From a virus (Duplodnaviria; Caudoviricetes): a stretch of DNA of 27,688 nt. The DNA is taken from IMG/VR virus record IMGVR_UViG_3300042894_001828, positions 1-27,688 of that record; one strand, given 5' to 3'. A program made the position numbers and the translations under genes. The notes under the pieces are model-generated. The model saw only the letters and a program-made list of their open reading frames with translations, was not told where the DNA came from and did not search any database. Of this stretch, positions 17,901 to 26,875 are shown in pieces (position 1 is the stretch's first letter; each line of letters opens with the position of its first letter).

Positions 17901-18355
17901 GTGAAAACTTTGCATCTCAATCTGAACTAATGCAGAAACAAGGTAGAGATATGAATCAAGCACAATACAATAAGATGATATTAGAAATGTCACCAATGTT
18001 TTCTAAGTATGGTATTGGTGTAGAAATGAGAAAGGGTAAATATGTAATGACACATAATGGTGAAGATATTGACCAAACAACAGCCAGGTTAATAGTAGAA
18101 AAAGGAATAGAAGCAGAAAAGAAAGCTGCACTTGAAAAAGCAAGTACTACAACTGCACCTGTTATTCCTAATACTCCTGTTAATCCTACTACTTCTAATG
18201 TTCCTGTTGCACCAGTTAAAACTTCTAATATGATTCCTGCAATTAATCCTTTAGGGTTAGGAAATACTCCTTACTTTAATCCTATATTTAAAGATATAAA
18301 TATACCTACTGTAACTGATAAGTCATTTATTAAAGCTGCAACTAAAAGAAGATAA
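11945..18355 (+). CDS. Large modular virion cargo (ejected) protein with two zincin-like domains, a beta-hairpin array and a GPSHxxGG domain
   Basis: First gene after the muzzle. HELKH (13073) and HELSH (13994). G/N/aromatic beta-repeat region ~14702-15883. VEVEGGE...GPSHDNGGI domain, Q/M-rich tract, hydrophobic GMAGTLFGGLAP segment and a C-terminal coiled coil. Confidence 0.7.
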   Translation: MSKQKKKLKKNQVQVDSKIYDVNSPNYAQMYEDKFEDGDIVWSEADQEWVSVPKSMNKLWDEFYKKQRVGKAQDKVRKGRGKFVKGAVQGVGTALAYTGEVMNTPLALMGEALSGRNDYYSALPNLTRAMKDMGLEGQLTSEDKKWLPTNDQMTPGALVSDNPLVQMGIDVPLDILTGKAFTKTSKYAKQLNKLQDVLPNLFKNKFKNKTGIDYVKNVTSDPRYAQKAKELDVKYGDTSIQERPTNSNLTLTDQQQTTDFNPFARQLTLRETRTRRPLRNNDYRPSLLFGPFQQRNEFEDAAGLFTRMSNYTQTPEYYKNIFTNVDFGDEYLKNLKKSIDDLTTEEFNEAQRQSRVLGRFTPGLNITQVRVDNALPHELKHKEHFTKKWRAQFPEKYKEAISQNFDETNIRDNYTKYRLDPVEQEAWLSRDLKKLMVDKGFIKSPFEQIDETTLDKFIKTDDYIFTPELIKRLNKPNFLKWLNEALPATTGVATAGTIGSQLMSQEESAPEQKAMGGKITNTKKKLPKYQTGGPIEPTNTTSLDFLKQMTNSPLFNERYAMMTNKPITNISTEADDYRQFINNNLNTVKIGDYENSDKGAWEGVYYPQFSEDEKNKMNAQLQELEKSKEKFIENYGYTTIMDNPNLTESLLNYAKNIRSYKSKVNNPHTVFINENQDLPATELHELSHASTLGRRGLKYFNNPFTIDEANLPEDFKEVYNDKEYYERPTEVKARVDAVRKWMLDNNMYDPVNERFEKKHYDELKKNLELTPLKGMSKENSLKSQIQDLMIPFKEEDVIKMFNSFVSNQNNTPISTAANGGIITNTMKKKKSVLQNNNFTTSGDEYGTGGMIKRADGSYSKRGLWDNIRANKGSSKKPTKKMLEQERKIRAQMDNGGTVYPYQERLNQSLRQPGFNPNIRGMSSGLSNVGLGYKVGPFNQMTSITSDRKLAPLKDFTFASDNPNSQLNFNARLGYRDRFGFKGSADYTNSTAENNPNAKFNLGFDKYGFTGDYNYNFNKENPNFDFGGGYKGNGFDANFKATKNKDVPYNYEAGLNYDRDGVTGNFGFTGNQNDYDITAGFNVGGIGTNFNYKGGKKDDFKSILTKGKNNNLKSNNAKNKSNFNLGLLDYDRNGLTANYAISRDNQDPLIHDAKIGYSKNGFTGNLGFTGNKLDPNYNFNLNFVPEKQGFTTNAAVDYKNKNFDVRTGLGYKGKKFATNVNYKTNLDLEEETGNRSLDAKVGYRGKNFNADANYERQFATEENPATNKLGVNVGYNRNGFGVKAGVDYKTLSEAQKEKDKASPFEVKAGVTYTPKGKAKQKTTPWKLPKEMIKKNESIKLIDENQPTKGQKMINALKESLSPSEYYAQSLNLSKRAYGGTITDDMNNKLPKMWAGGLTPMLFDVGANALVNLTTKAVTDMVKAIREPEQEMRPTKPNTGFTMAYGGMIDPSMYMQQMMYGSYAQGGQVPQNIPVEVEGGEAYELPNGEMGEFEGPSHDNGGIPVALPEQTKVYSKQLKVNGKTMADRKTKREANVAKLEKILSKNPSDKFIKEALKRQQETAALEEQSDMAMQEQANQKQQMQQQAQQGMMQEQAMAGLMQDPAMMQQMGMMMYGGKLVNGTPPYGLLNYISPTLANAVNKQQYNKLIPTENLYGKDFQVMEDLEYDEQGNPMTVVYDDNMSKTKSVNTLNSKTKVANITPPYLTEEQLNQFTNFNTNPLDLRKNVGVDVTKPEPPGVNPYDVMSNIMGNTFENIALSKDPYINTKGGMIPNPLYNEVIGNKMLPEEDPKKPNKFMNFLNKAVDQTGDFFSGLFDKDGKPKKEKGTKSDEGLDYTRGDLMGMAGTLFGGLAPATTTMLNRMMTPKNQNFFREFGAEGLRAMQEAQALSGINRDKQLADIKLGEEASRQRGRNSARGVNTLRAMDIAADMGANQAQNQAYNAYAQQMMQLLGQKAQMENQQDQAVMTGEYQRDLADRQDVDNFYSNLSENFASQSELMQKQGRDMNQAQYNKMILEMSPMFSKYGIGVEMRKGKYVMTHNGEDIDQTTARLIVEKGIEAEKKAALEKASTTTAPVIPNTPVNPTTSNVPVAPVKTSNMIPAINPLGLGNTPYFNPIFKDINIPTVTDKSFIKAATKRR
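15108..15462 (+). repeat. Imperfect in-frame direct repeat within the beta-hairpin array
   Basis: TTACTGGTAACTTTGGATTTACTGGTAAT (~15127-15153) versus TTACTGGTAATCTTGGATTTACTGGAAAT (~15427-15453), encoding GVTGNFGFTGN and GFTGNLGFTGN. Confidence 0.7.
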
Positions 18356-18360
18356 TAATT

Positions 18361-20850
18361 ATGGGAAGATTTTATAAAACAGCTAAACCTGAAATAATGG
18401 ATTTCATGTTTAAGGTACCTGAGCAAGCAATTATGACTGCTATTAAAGGTGCTGATGCTCAAATTGAAGGACAAGAAGCTTACTTAACTGATTTACAAAA
18501 ACAGTTAAAAACTGCTGCATTAGAAGAAGATGAAGCAAAAAGAAAAGCAAGAGTAACAGAACTTGAAGGAAAGATTAGAGAACACTCTTTAAAGATTTTT
18601 GAAAATCCTTTACTTGCAATTAAAGAACAAAAAGGTATTAGAGATTTAGGTCAAGAGATTTATAAAGATTTAACTGAAGGAGAACTCTATGCATATAATA
18701 CTAATTATAGTACAAGAAAAGCTTATGAAGAAAAAGTAACTAAGGAAGCTACAGATAAAGATGGTAGGTTAAATGTACAACAAGTTAAAGATGCAATGGG
18801 TGCTTATGATGCAAGATATGCTATGAATAAAGGTGCACAGTTTAATAAAGAAACAGGTAAGTTTAATCCTTATGGTACTGAATTATTATATGATTATGTT
18901 GACCCATCTGTATATGCTAAAGAAACAGCTAATGGTTGGGAATCAACAAAAACAAAAGATTGGTATTCTACACCAAAAGGAAATTATTGGTATAAAATAA
19001 CTAAAGAAACAGATGTATTAGAGTTAGATGATTTAACTATGGGTATTTTAAATACTATGGAAAATGATGAAAATGTAATTAAACCCATTATACAAAACTT
19101 ACAACACAAAGCAACTGTTGCTGCTACTGCAAGAGCTGAAGAAACTGGTGAAAATTTTGATAAGTTATATAATGAAGCATTTAATAAATTATATACAAAT
19201 GAATTTGGAGAAATAGACCCAGCTACAAAACAACTTAAATTAGAACAAGTATTAGATGAAAAAGGTCAACCTGTAATAAATGAGCAAACAAAAAAACCTG
19301 TAATGAGGTTTGTAAATCCTGGCAAATTGTATAGAATAGCTCAAGCTGCTGCTGATAAAAAAGATAAGAATGATATAACTACAGGAAATGAAATGACTGG
19401 TGCTGACCCATTTGCTATAAAAGCACAAGAATTAGCTAATGCAAAAGCATTAGAAGATTATAAAAACCCAATTGTTTGGGATAAAACAACTGGGGAATTT
19501 ATTGAAACCATGTTTGAAGGTAATACTGTAGAAGAAGCAGAAAGTAAACTTGATGAGCAACGTAATGCATTAGAAACTTCATCTTTAGATTATAAAAATA
19601 AATTACTTGCAGTTTTAGGTAAAGGTAAATCTGAAACAGAATTAAAGAAAATTAGAGTTGAATTAAATAAATATTTTGAAAGACCAACTCTTCTTGGTCA
19701 AAAAATAGGTGACCCAGACTTTAATGGTTTAGCAAAATTTATGGCTAGTCAAGGATTTAATGGTGACCCTAATTTGACATCTGTAGATGATTTTAAACGA
19801 GAGTGGGAATCTACTAATACAAATTTAAGAAATAAACAAAATGCTTTAAACTTAATGAGAGAGCAAGCTAAAGATAATTTAAATTATTATGACATACAAC
19901 AACAAACTGCTATTGATAATGATTTAACAAAATTAATAGCAGAAAAACAAAGATTAGAAACTAACTACTATGACCCTGTAACTAAACAACCTCGTCTTGG
20001 AATGATAGATAGTCCTACTGGAAAAAAATTATTTGAAGTAACTGATAAAATAAAAAAATTACAAAAAGATAAAGATGCAATTATAAATAAATATGTTAAT
20101 TTAAATGTTGATGACCCAAATAATGTTAATAAAATATCATTTGGAACTTATCAAACTGCTGGAGAAAAATTAAAAGATTTTGGAGCAAGCAATGAAGATG
20201 CAATAGCAGTACAAAAAGCATTAGGAGATTTAGGTAAAGAAAGTATATTTTCTTTATTTGGTGGTTCAACTGCTACTGGAACTTTTGTAAGAAATAGTAA
20301 GGGTACAGGAATGGTTGGACTTAAAGGAACTACACTTGGTAGCTATTTTACAGAAACAGATAAATATGATTATGACTATAATTCAGTAACTAATCAATTT
20401 GAAGTTAAAACTAAAGCTGATGGTAAAGTAGTATTTAACGGTAATGTAGGAAATTATAGATTAGCTTTAGAAAATCTTGATAAAGTAGGTAAAAATGCTG
20501 TTGCAGTTACAATTAATGGTAGTCAAATAAACCCGTTAACAGGAAAGAGAGAATCTGTAAGTTTTGATTTGTATACAAATCAATTAAAAAGTAGTACAGT
20601 ATCATCGACATTAAAAAAAGTTGAACCTCAAACAGAAATGATGGCTTTTACACAAGAAGCTACAAGAAAAGCAAGTTCAGTTAAAAGTCCAAAATTTGAA
20701 TATCAATATAATAAATTTATTTCTTATTATCCTAATGCAAATAATAATAAAGGTATATACGTATTTTATGATGATAATAAAAACGAAATAGGAAAATTTG
20801 AAACTGCAAATGAAGCACTTGGGTTATTTGAAACATTATATAAAAAGTAA
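18361..20850 (+). CDS. Putative virion cargo/ejection protein 2 (helical, coiled-coil)
   Basis: 829 aa, K/E-rich and helical. Position between two large cargo genes in crAss-like synteny. No catalytic motif recognised. Confidence 0.6.
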   Translation: MGRFYKTAKPEIMDFMFKVPEQAIMTAIKGADAQIEGQEAYLTDLQKQLKTAALEEDEAKRKARVTELEGKIREHSLKIFENPLLAIKEQKGIRDLGQEIYKDLTEGELYAYNTNYSTRKAYEEKVTKEATDKDGRLNVQQVKDAMGAYDARYAMNKGAQFNKETGKFNPYGTELLYDYVDPSVYAKETANGWESTKTKDWYSTPKGNYWYKITKETDVLELDDLTMGILNTMENDENVIKPIIQNLQHKATVAATARAEETGENFDKLYNEAFNKLYTNEFGEIDPATKQLKLEQVLDEKGQPVINEQTKKPVMRFVNPGKLYRIAQAAADKKDKNDITTGNEMTGADPFAIKAQELANAKALEDYKNPIVWDKTTGEFIETMFEGNTVEEAESKLDEQRNALETSSLDYKNKLLAVLGKGKSETELKKIRVELNKYFERPTLLGQKIGDPDFNGLAKFMASQGFNGDPNLTSVDDFKREWESTNTNLRNKQNALNLMREQAKDNLNYYDIQQQTAIDNDLTKLIAEKQRLETNYYDPVTKQPRLGMIDSPTGKKLFEVTDKIKKLQKDKDAIINKYVNLNVDDPNNVNKISFGTYQTAGEKLKDFGASNEDAIAVQKALGDLGKESIFSLFGGSTATGTFVRNSKGTGMVGLKGTTLGSYFTETDKYDYDYNSVTNQFEVKTKADGKVVFNGNVGNYRLALENLDKVGKNAVAVTINGSQINPLTGKRESVSFDLYTNQLKSSTVSSTLKKVEPQTEMMAFTQEATRKASSVKSPKFEYQYNKFISYYPNANNNKGIYVFYDDNKNEIGKFETANEALGLFETLYKK

Positions 20851-20864
20851 ATATATATTTAATT

Positions 20865-23800
20865 ATGGCAAATGAAGATGATAAAGTTGTAAATCAAAAT
20901 ACTAAACCTGTAAATGTTACTCCTGTTAATCAACCAAAAACAGCAACAATTAATGGAGAAGTAATTGATGTTCAAGCTGCAATAAATAAATATTCAAAGA
21001 GTCCTGACATTAGTTCTGCTATTTCAACTCCTAAAGTTTTAGTTGGAAGTTCTTGGTCACAACAAGCACTTGAAGAACAATTTGAAAAAACTTATGAAAA
21101 TTTAAGAAAAGAATCAATAGAAAATGAATATGATGGATTAGGAAATACTTTGTATAAAATGACAGGTTCATTTCTTACACATACTGCTGCTGCATTAGAA
21201 GAATATTTAGGAACATTAATGGACCCTGCTGATTGGAGAATACCAAGTTTAAGTGGTGAATATTCAGATGTTGACTATAGAGGCCTTGATGCTAATCGTG
21301 ATATACAAGGAAACATGTGGAATACAATGCAAGTTAAAAAAGATGCAGAAGATTGGAATAAAACAGCAGATTGGTTAAATAGTCCTTTTAAGTTTTTAGA
21401 TAATCATACTATATTTGGAGATGGTGAACACATGTTTGGTAACTGGCTTACAAGAAGAGCTTCTGAAATAAGAGAGTTAGATAGAGTATATCATACTGTT
21501 AAAACTAAATCAAATTTAATAAATACAGTTGCTAATTATGCTCCTCAAATAGCTGGTAGTATTGTAGGAAATATAATAGGTCCTGGTTCTGCATTTAAAG
21601 TTTCACAATCAATATCAGCTTTTCGTGGTGGATTAAAAGGATTAACTGCTGCTCAACAAGCTGTAAGAGCTACAGCATTTGCAAATAGTAATTTAGGTGG
21701 AACAAAAAAAGCATTAGATGTAATAGGTGGAGCATTTTTAATGACTCAAACTACAGGGTTTTCTATTGCACAAGGAGTGTATAATGAAACATATCAAAAG
21801 AAACTTTTTGATTTATCTCCTCAGTTAGAAACTGCAATGAATGCAACTTATGAAAAAGCAATTCAAGATGCACTTAAAAATGGTGAAAGTGATGAAGATG
21901 CAATAGCAATGGGATTAAAAGCAAAAAAAGAATATCTTCAAAAATTTGCTGATGAAAATCCTGACTTACATCAATCTGCAACTAAAAGTGCAAGTAAAGG
22001 TGCTGAAGTAAGTATTCAAGCAATGGCCCCTGCATTCCTTTTAAACCTTTCAATGTCATCTGCATTTACAAGAGTTTTTAGTGGACTTCCAAGAACTTCA
22101 AGAAATATAATTTCTAAATCTCCATATAGTGTTAAAGGCACATTAGTTGAAGGTGGTCAAGAATTTGTAGAAGAATGGGGAGTTGAAAATATAGCTGAGG
22201 ATATGGGTATGGCTGCTGGTGAGGGTAGAGAATATACTGTATCTGATGCATGGAAAAAATTATCTTCTTGGGATAGTATTGTAGGGGGATTAATAGGATT
22301 TGGAGTTGGTGGAGGAATGAAAATAGGAATAGAAGCTTTTGGTGCTAAAGACCATAAAGAAGCTTATAATAAACAACAAGAAGTAATTAAAAAACAAAAT
22401 GAAATAGGTGCATCTGTTGGGATGCCTGATATAGTAGAACAACTTACTGCTCCTGTAAGAAGTGCACAAGAGTTAAATAAAATTTTAGGAGAAATAAATG
22501 CACTTGAATCTCAAGGTAAAACTGAAGAAGCTAAACAAAAAAGTAAACAAATACTTGCAGTTCAAGCTTATGATGCTTATCAATCAGGCACTACTCAAAA
22601 TCTTATTCAAAATTGGCAAAAAATAGCTGATGATACAACATTAAAACCTGAAGTAAGACAAGCTGCAGCAGTAGCAGTACAAGAAATTATTGCTATGGAA
22701 AATGATTTTAATGATTCATTAAAATATGAGAATGGTAGAAGTGTATTTAAAAATAGAGCTAATCAAAAACAAGATGCTAAGTTAGCACAAGAAATAAAAA
22801 ATAAGATTGCTGAAAAAAGAAATGAAGCTCAATTAGAAGTTGCACTTTTAAGACAAGCAGGTAAACTTGATTTAGGTTATGACTACACAGTAGGTGTAGG
22901 AGAACCTACTGTAAATGAAGAAACAGGTGAGTTAGTATTTCCAAGTGAAAAAACTGAAAGAGGTGAACTTGAATTAGAACTTACAAATAAAGGATATGTA
23001 AGTGCTACTCCTGGTAGAAATGCAGATAAACAAATACAGCAAATTAAAGAAAGTGTAAAACCTTATCAAGAACTTTTAGACTTACAAGAAGAACTTGAAG
23101 CAACAGAAATAAGAATAGCACAGCATAATGAAACTTATGCTAAGATGACTGACAAAGGTTTACAGAAAAACTTGAAGTATCAAAATATGGTACTTCAAGA
23201 ATATGAATCTATGAAAGGTAACTTAGAAGAATTATTAGGTACTGATAAGTATATGCAGGAAATAGATTCAAAAATTCTTAATCATTATAAAAATAAAATG
23301 ACTAAGGATTCTTTTGAAAATTTTAGAAAGCAATTTTTTGTAAATAAAAACAATAAAGAAAAAGTTACAAAAGAGTTAGCAGAAAAAGCACAATTAGAAG
23401 AAGGATTAAAGAGTAATAAAGATATAGAGGAAGAAACTAAAAAAGCAGATGAAAATTCTGTAAAAGAAATACCCTTTACTAATCTCCCTAAAGAAACTAA
23501 GATAGAATTAGTTGCAAGAAAACTTGCACAGAATAAACCTTTAACTGCTGATGAAGAAAGATTTAAAAACTCTAACTCTATTAAGGTAGAAAATAAAAGA
23601 GCTGATTATGAAAAACAACAAGCAAGTGGTGAACCTATTACAGAGGATATTCAAGAACAAGTAGTTGGTGAAGAAGGAACTGTAACTGATGAAAAGTCTA
23701 AGATTGCAAATAACATTAGTGGTATACTTAATGAGGAATCTGAAATAACTCCTGAAGTAAAAACTGAATCTGATATTGATACAGTTCTTAAAAATAATAA

Positions 23801-26800
23801 TCTTAAAATTAGTGATGATAAAAAAGCATTATTAGAAAAGGAACTTGCTAAAGAAAACCCTAATCAAAATCTTGTAGCAGGATTACTTGGTAATGTTAAA
23901 AAGTCAATAGCTCAACAAATAATAAATGAATATAAATTAAATCAACAATCTGTTGATAATAATACTGATGTTGAGTTAATTAACTTTGTTAATGATATCA
24001 AACAACAAATAGAAAATTCTGGTAATGACCAATTAACTATAGACCTTGAAGTTGATGAACAGAGTGATGAGTTAAATGAAGAAGGTAAAAAACAATTAGA
24101 GTTAATTCAAAGACTACAAGCTAATAATAATTCAGGATTAGATATTACTAAAAATAAAACTATACCAAATAGATATAAGTTTCAAATACCTGTAAGTAAT
24201 GACCCTAAAGAAAGTAGTGATGCTGCAGTAGAAAAAGAATCAATTAGTTATGACCCTAAAGAAGTAAATAGCAAATTAAGTCCTGAAGCAAGAGCTAGAA
24301 TTAAACAAGAAGTAGGTGATTACTTAGTAGCACTTGAAGATGAACTTGGTTCTGAACCATCATTTGAAAAGTTTATCAGAGATTATATTGTTAATTCTAA
24401 CAAAGACCAAGTAAGAGGATTATTCAACACATTGATTCTTGGTTGGGAATTAAATGGAATGCCTATTGATAATTATCAAGCTGTATTTGATAAGGTATTC
24501 AGAAGTAGAAAAGAGATGGCAAGTTCTTTATTGCAGTTTGCTGAAGAACAAAACCTGATGGAACAACAGGCTCAAAAACAAGCTGATAATTTAAACAAAG
24601 AAATTAACAGTTCTAAAACTCCTGTTGAAACTGCATCAGGTGAAATGGCTACTGAAGTATTTTCACTTGGTGATACTATATTTAGATTTGGTTATAACTC
24701 TACTAATAAGGGTGGTAATTTTAAAACTATAGAAAATGAAGATGGAAGTTTATCAACTATACTTGAAGAATATGAAGAAGAAGATGTTGATAACTTTTTG
24801 AAATTTAAAAAGTTATTAAGAAGAGATAAGTTTAATCCAGGCACTCAACTTAATGTACAAGTAGCTGCTAATAATGCAGATATTCTTATTAAAGATAGAG
24901 ATGCTAATGGTAAGGTTAAAGTTACTCCTGATGGTAAAGCTGCATTAATTTCTTTTAAAGATTGGGTAGTTAAGAATGTAAAAGAAAAAGGAAATGATTT
25001 TTTAAAATCTCAAGCATACTATGATGCTGTACCTCTTACTATTATTGATAATGAAGGAGATGCAGTTTCCTATATTCATGATGTAAGTAAAATAGAAACC
25101 AATGATAAGCTTAATGCAGAAGATAAGAAAAAACAACTTGCAGACCTTAGAGCTTTAAGAAAATATATAATTGATACTAATAAAAAAGGTGGAACTCCTA
25201 AGATTGAAATAACAGCTAAGACAGGAGGGATGATTGAAAAATTCCCTAACAATGAAAAGAAAAGAATTAGAAGTATAAATAAGAATGCTGTTCTTGCTAG
25301 AGCAATTGTAAGTAATAAACAAATTACTCATATGTATGTGAGTAATGGAAATAAATCTTTTATAATTCCATTTGATGAATTTAAAAAACAGTTTAAGATT
25401 GACGATAATCAATTTACTCCTGAGTTATTAGAGCAATTAAAATATGGTCATACTATTGATGTAAGACAATGGGATGCAGATAGTCATAAAATATTAACTA
25501 CTGATTTTCCAAAAGTAAGTGAAGAATTAGTTGACTCATTAATGAACTTGTTTTCAGTAAGTTTAACAGGTGGAGCCAACAAAAATAATTTAATTACTAA
25601 CCTAAAAAAACTTGGATTTTCAGGTAGTAACATGTTTTTTCAATACACAAATAAATTTGTAAGAACACAAAATCCAACTAGCTTAGCAAATAATAAATCA
25701 TACATCCACATTAATGATGAAGGTACAAAATTAAGATTTGGAGTTAAGGGTGGAAAGGAATTTACAATTGAGAATGAAAATGATTTAAAAAAATATGAAA
25801 CTGAACTAAGACAATTTTTATCTGAACAATACTTAAATGTAAAAAATAATTTTAATAATCCTGACATAAACTCTTCTGAGTTTAAAATGGGATTAATAAA
25901 TGAAGATGGTTCTATTGAAGAGTCATCAAATTATAATTACTTTGAGTACTCAATGAAGGATGCTCAAACAGATATTAGATTAGAAAATGCAGGTACTGCT
26001 GATAAACCTCATTTCATTACAAGGTTCCAACCTAATATTGAATTTAAAGCTGTTGCTCCACCTAATAGAAATAGTGCTGAATACAGTAGTCCTAAAACAG
26101 AAACTAAAGAAGAGAATAAACAACTCAATAATCTTGTTGCCAGTACATATACAGATGAGCAGTTACAAAAACAAATACCTCTTTTTGAAGAAGCAGGTTG
26201 GGAATTTATAGGAAGTACTATAGAAGAAAAAGTAGAAGATGCTAAAAGATTATTATCTGAGAATACTAATGAGTCTACTGAATTTGCTAAACAATTAGAT
26301 GATAATCTTAAAAAGAAACTTGAACAAAAACCAGTACAAACTCCTACATCTCAAGAATCTAATGTAGAAGCAATAGCTGAATTAAAAAGAAAACAACAAG
26401 AAGAAATAGATAAAATTACACCAATTAAAAATGAAAAAATAATAGTTGATACTGGAGATAATTTATTAGTAGAATTACAAGTAATAACTTTTAAAGATGG
26501 TAGTATACAAATAGCTACAAAAGATACCAAAGCTAAAAGATATAATAATTTATCAAATGAATCAATTCAAGATTATTTAAAATTTGATTTTGAATTAGAT
26601 GCAAAAGGTATTATAAAAACAGAACTTGTAAAAGATGATTATACTGATAAAGAATCTCAAAAAATAAAAGAAGCAAAAGAAAAAACAATCAATGAAAGAT
26701 ATGATGCACAAATTGCAGCATTAGAAAGTCAACAAAAAACTGAAGAAACACAAACACCTTTAGAAGGATTTGAAGAATTTTTTAATATATTTGCAGAGTC

Positions 26801-26867
26801 TTCAAATGTAGATGAAGCTATTCAGAAACTTATAGACAACAAAACAATTACTAAAGATTGTAAATAA
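20865..26867 (+). CDS. Large putative virion cargo/ejection protein 3 with Gly-rich membrane-inserting segments
   Basis: 2000 aa. Hydrophobic Gly/Ala segments (IAGSIVGNIIGPG, VIGGAFLM, IVGGLIGFGVGGGM), an EGGQEFVEE motif, long coiled coils and an acidic linker. Confidence 0.65.
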   Translation: MANEDDKVVNQNTKPVNVTPVNQPKTATINGEVIDVQAAINKYSKSPDISSAISTPKVLVGSSWSQQALEEQFEKTYENLRKESIENEYDGLGNTLYKMTGSFLTHTAAALEEYLGTLMDPADWRIPSLSGEYSDVDYRGLDANRDIQGNMWNTMQVKKDAEDWNKTADWLNSPFKFLDNHTIFGDGEHMFGNWLTRRASEIRELDRVYHTVKTKSNLINTVANYAPQIAGSIVGNIIGPGSAFKVSQSISAFRGGLKGLTAAQQAVRATAFANSNLGGTKKALDVIGGAFLMTQTTGFSIAQGVYNETYQKKLFDLSPQLETAMNATYEKAIQDALKNGESDEDAIAMGLKAKKEYLQKFADENPDLHQSATKSASKGAEVSIQAMAPAFLLNLSMSSAFTRVFSGLPRTSRNIISKSPYSVKGTLVEGGQEFVEEWGVENIAEDMGMAAGEGREYTVSDAWKKLSSWDSIVGGLIGFGVGGGMKIGIEAFGAKDHKEAYNKQQEVIKKQNEIGASVGMPDIVEQLTAPVRSAQELNKILGEINALESQGKTEEAKQKSKQILAVQAYDAYQSGTTQNLIQNWQKIADDTTLKPEVRQAAAVAVQEIIAMENDFNDSLKYENGRSVFKNRANQKQDAKLAQEIKNKIAEKRNEAQLEVALLRQAGKLDLGYDYTVGVGEPTVNEETGELVFPSEKTERGELELELTNKGYVSATPGRNADKQIQQIKESVKPYQELLDLQEELEATEIRIAQHNETYAKMTDKGLQKNLKYQNMVLQEYESMKGNLEELLGTDKYMQEIDSKILNHYKNKMTKDSFENFRKQFFVNKNNKEKVTKELAEKAQLEEGLKSNKDIEEETKKADENSVKEIPFTNLPKETKIELVARKLAQNKPLTADEERFKNSNSIKVENKRADYEKQQASGEPITEDIQEQVVGEEGTVTDEKSKIANNISGILNEESEITPEVKTESDIDTVLKNNNLKISDDKKALLEKELAKENPNQNLVAGLLGNVKKSIAQQIINEYKLNQQSVDNNTDVELINFVNDIKQQIENSGNDQLTIDLEVDEQSDELNEEGKKQLELIQRLQANNNSGLDITKNKTIPNRYKFQIPVSNDPKESSDAAVEKESISYDPKEVNSKLSPEARARIKQEVGDYLVALEDELGSEPSFEKFIRDYIVNSNKDQVRGLFNTLILGWELNGMPIDNYQAVFDKVFRSRKEMASSLLQFAEEQNLMEQQAQKQADNLNKEINSSKTPVETASGEMATEVFSLGDTIFRFGYNSTNKGGNFKTIENEDGSLSTILEEYEEEDVDNFLKFKKLLRRDKFNPGTQLNVQVAANNADILIKDRDANGKVKVTPDGKAALISFKDWVVKNVKEKGNDFLKSQAYYDAVPLTIIDNEGDAVSYIHDVSKIETNDKLNAEDKKKQLADLRALRKYIIDTNKKGGTPKIEITAKTGGMIEKFPNNEKKRIRSINKNAVLARAIVSNKQITHMYVSNGNKSFIIPFDEFKKQFKIDDNQFTPELLEQLKYGHTIDVRQWDADSHKILTTDFPKVSEELVDSLMNLFSVSLTGGANKNNLITNLKKLGFSGSNMFFQYTNKFVRTQNPTSLANNKSYIHINDEGTKLRFGVKGGKEFTIENENDLKKYETELRQFLSEQYLNVKNNFNNPDINSSEFKMGLINEDGSIEESSNYNYFEYSMKDAQTDIRLENAGTADKPHFITRFQPNIEFKAVAPPNRNSAEYSSPKTETKEENKQLNNLVASTYTDEQLQKQIPLFEEAGWEFIGSTIEEKVEDAKRLLSENTNESTEFAKQLDDNLKKKLEQKPVQTPTSQESNVEAIAELKRKQQEEIDKITPIKNEKIIVDTGDNLLVELQVITFKDGSIQIATKDTKAKRYNNLSNESIQDYLKFDFELDAKGIIKTELVKDDYTDKESQKIKEAKEKTINERYDAQIAALESQQKTEETQTPLEGFEEFFNIFAESSNVDEAIQKLIDNKTITKDCK

Positions 26868-26875
26868 ACATCAAC

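Noticed and set aside
18840-20550. Recurring [DN]xxT[GKN] motifs in cargo 2 (NKETGK, DPATKQ, DKTTGE, DPVTKQ, NPLTGK)
   Set aside because: This is a generic beta-hairpin turn motif with irregular spacing, not enough to call a repeat family.
20192-21908. Exact 17-bp repeat ATGAAGATGCAATAGCA (20192-20208 and 21892-21908) encoding EDAIA in two cargo genes
   Set aside because: Only two copies, built from common codons, with no extended similarity. Chance cannot be excluded.
18271-26211. Short ORFs 18271..18474(-), 25155..25412(-), 25640..25867(-) and 25987..26211(+)
   Set aside because: All are nested in or antisense to large cargo genes, with no independent support.
7215-26867. Genome-wide stop codon reassignment as in some crAssphages
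   Set aside because: ORFs of 1500-2100 aa are uninterrupted under code 11 and coding density is nearly complete.
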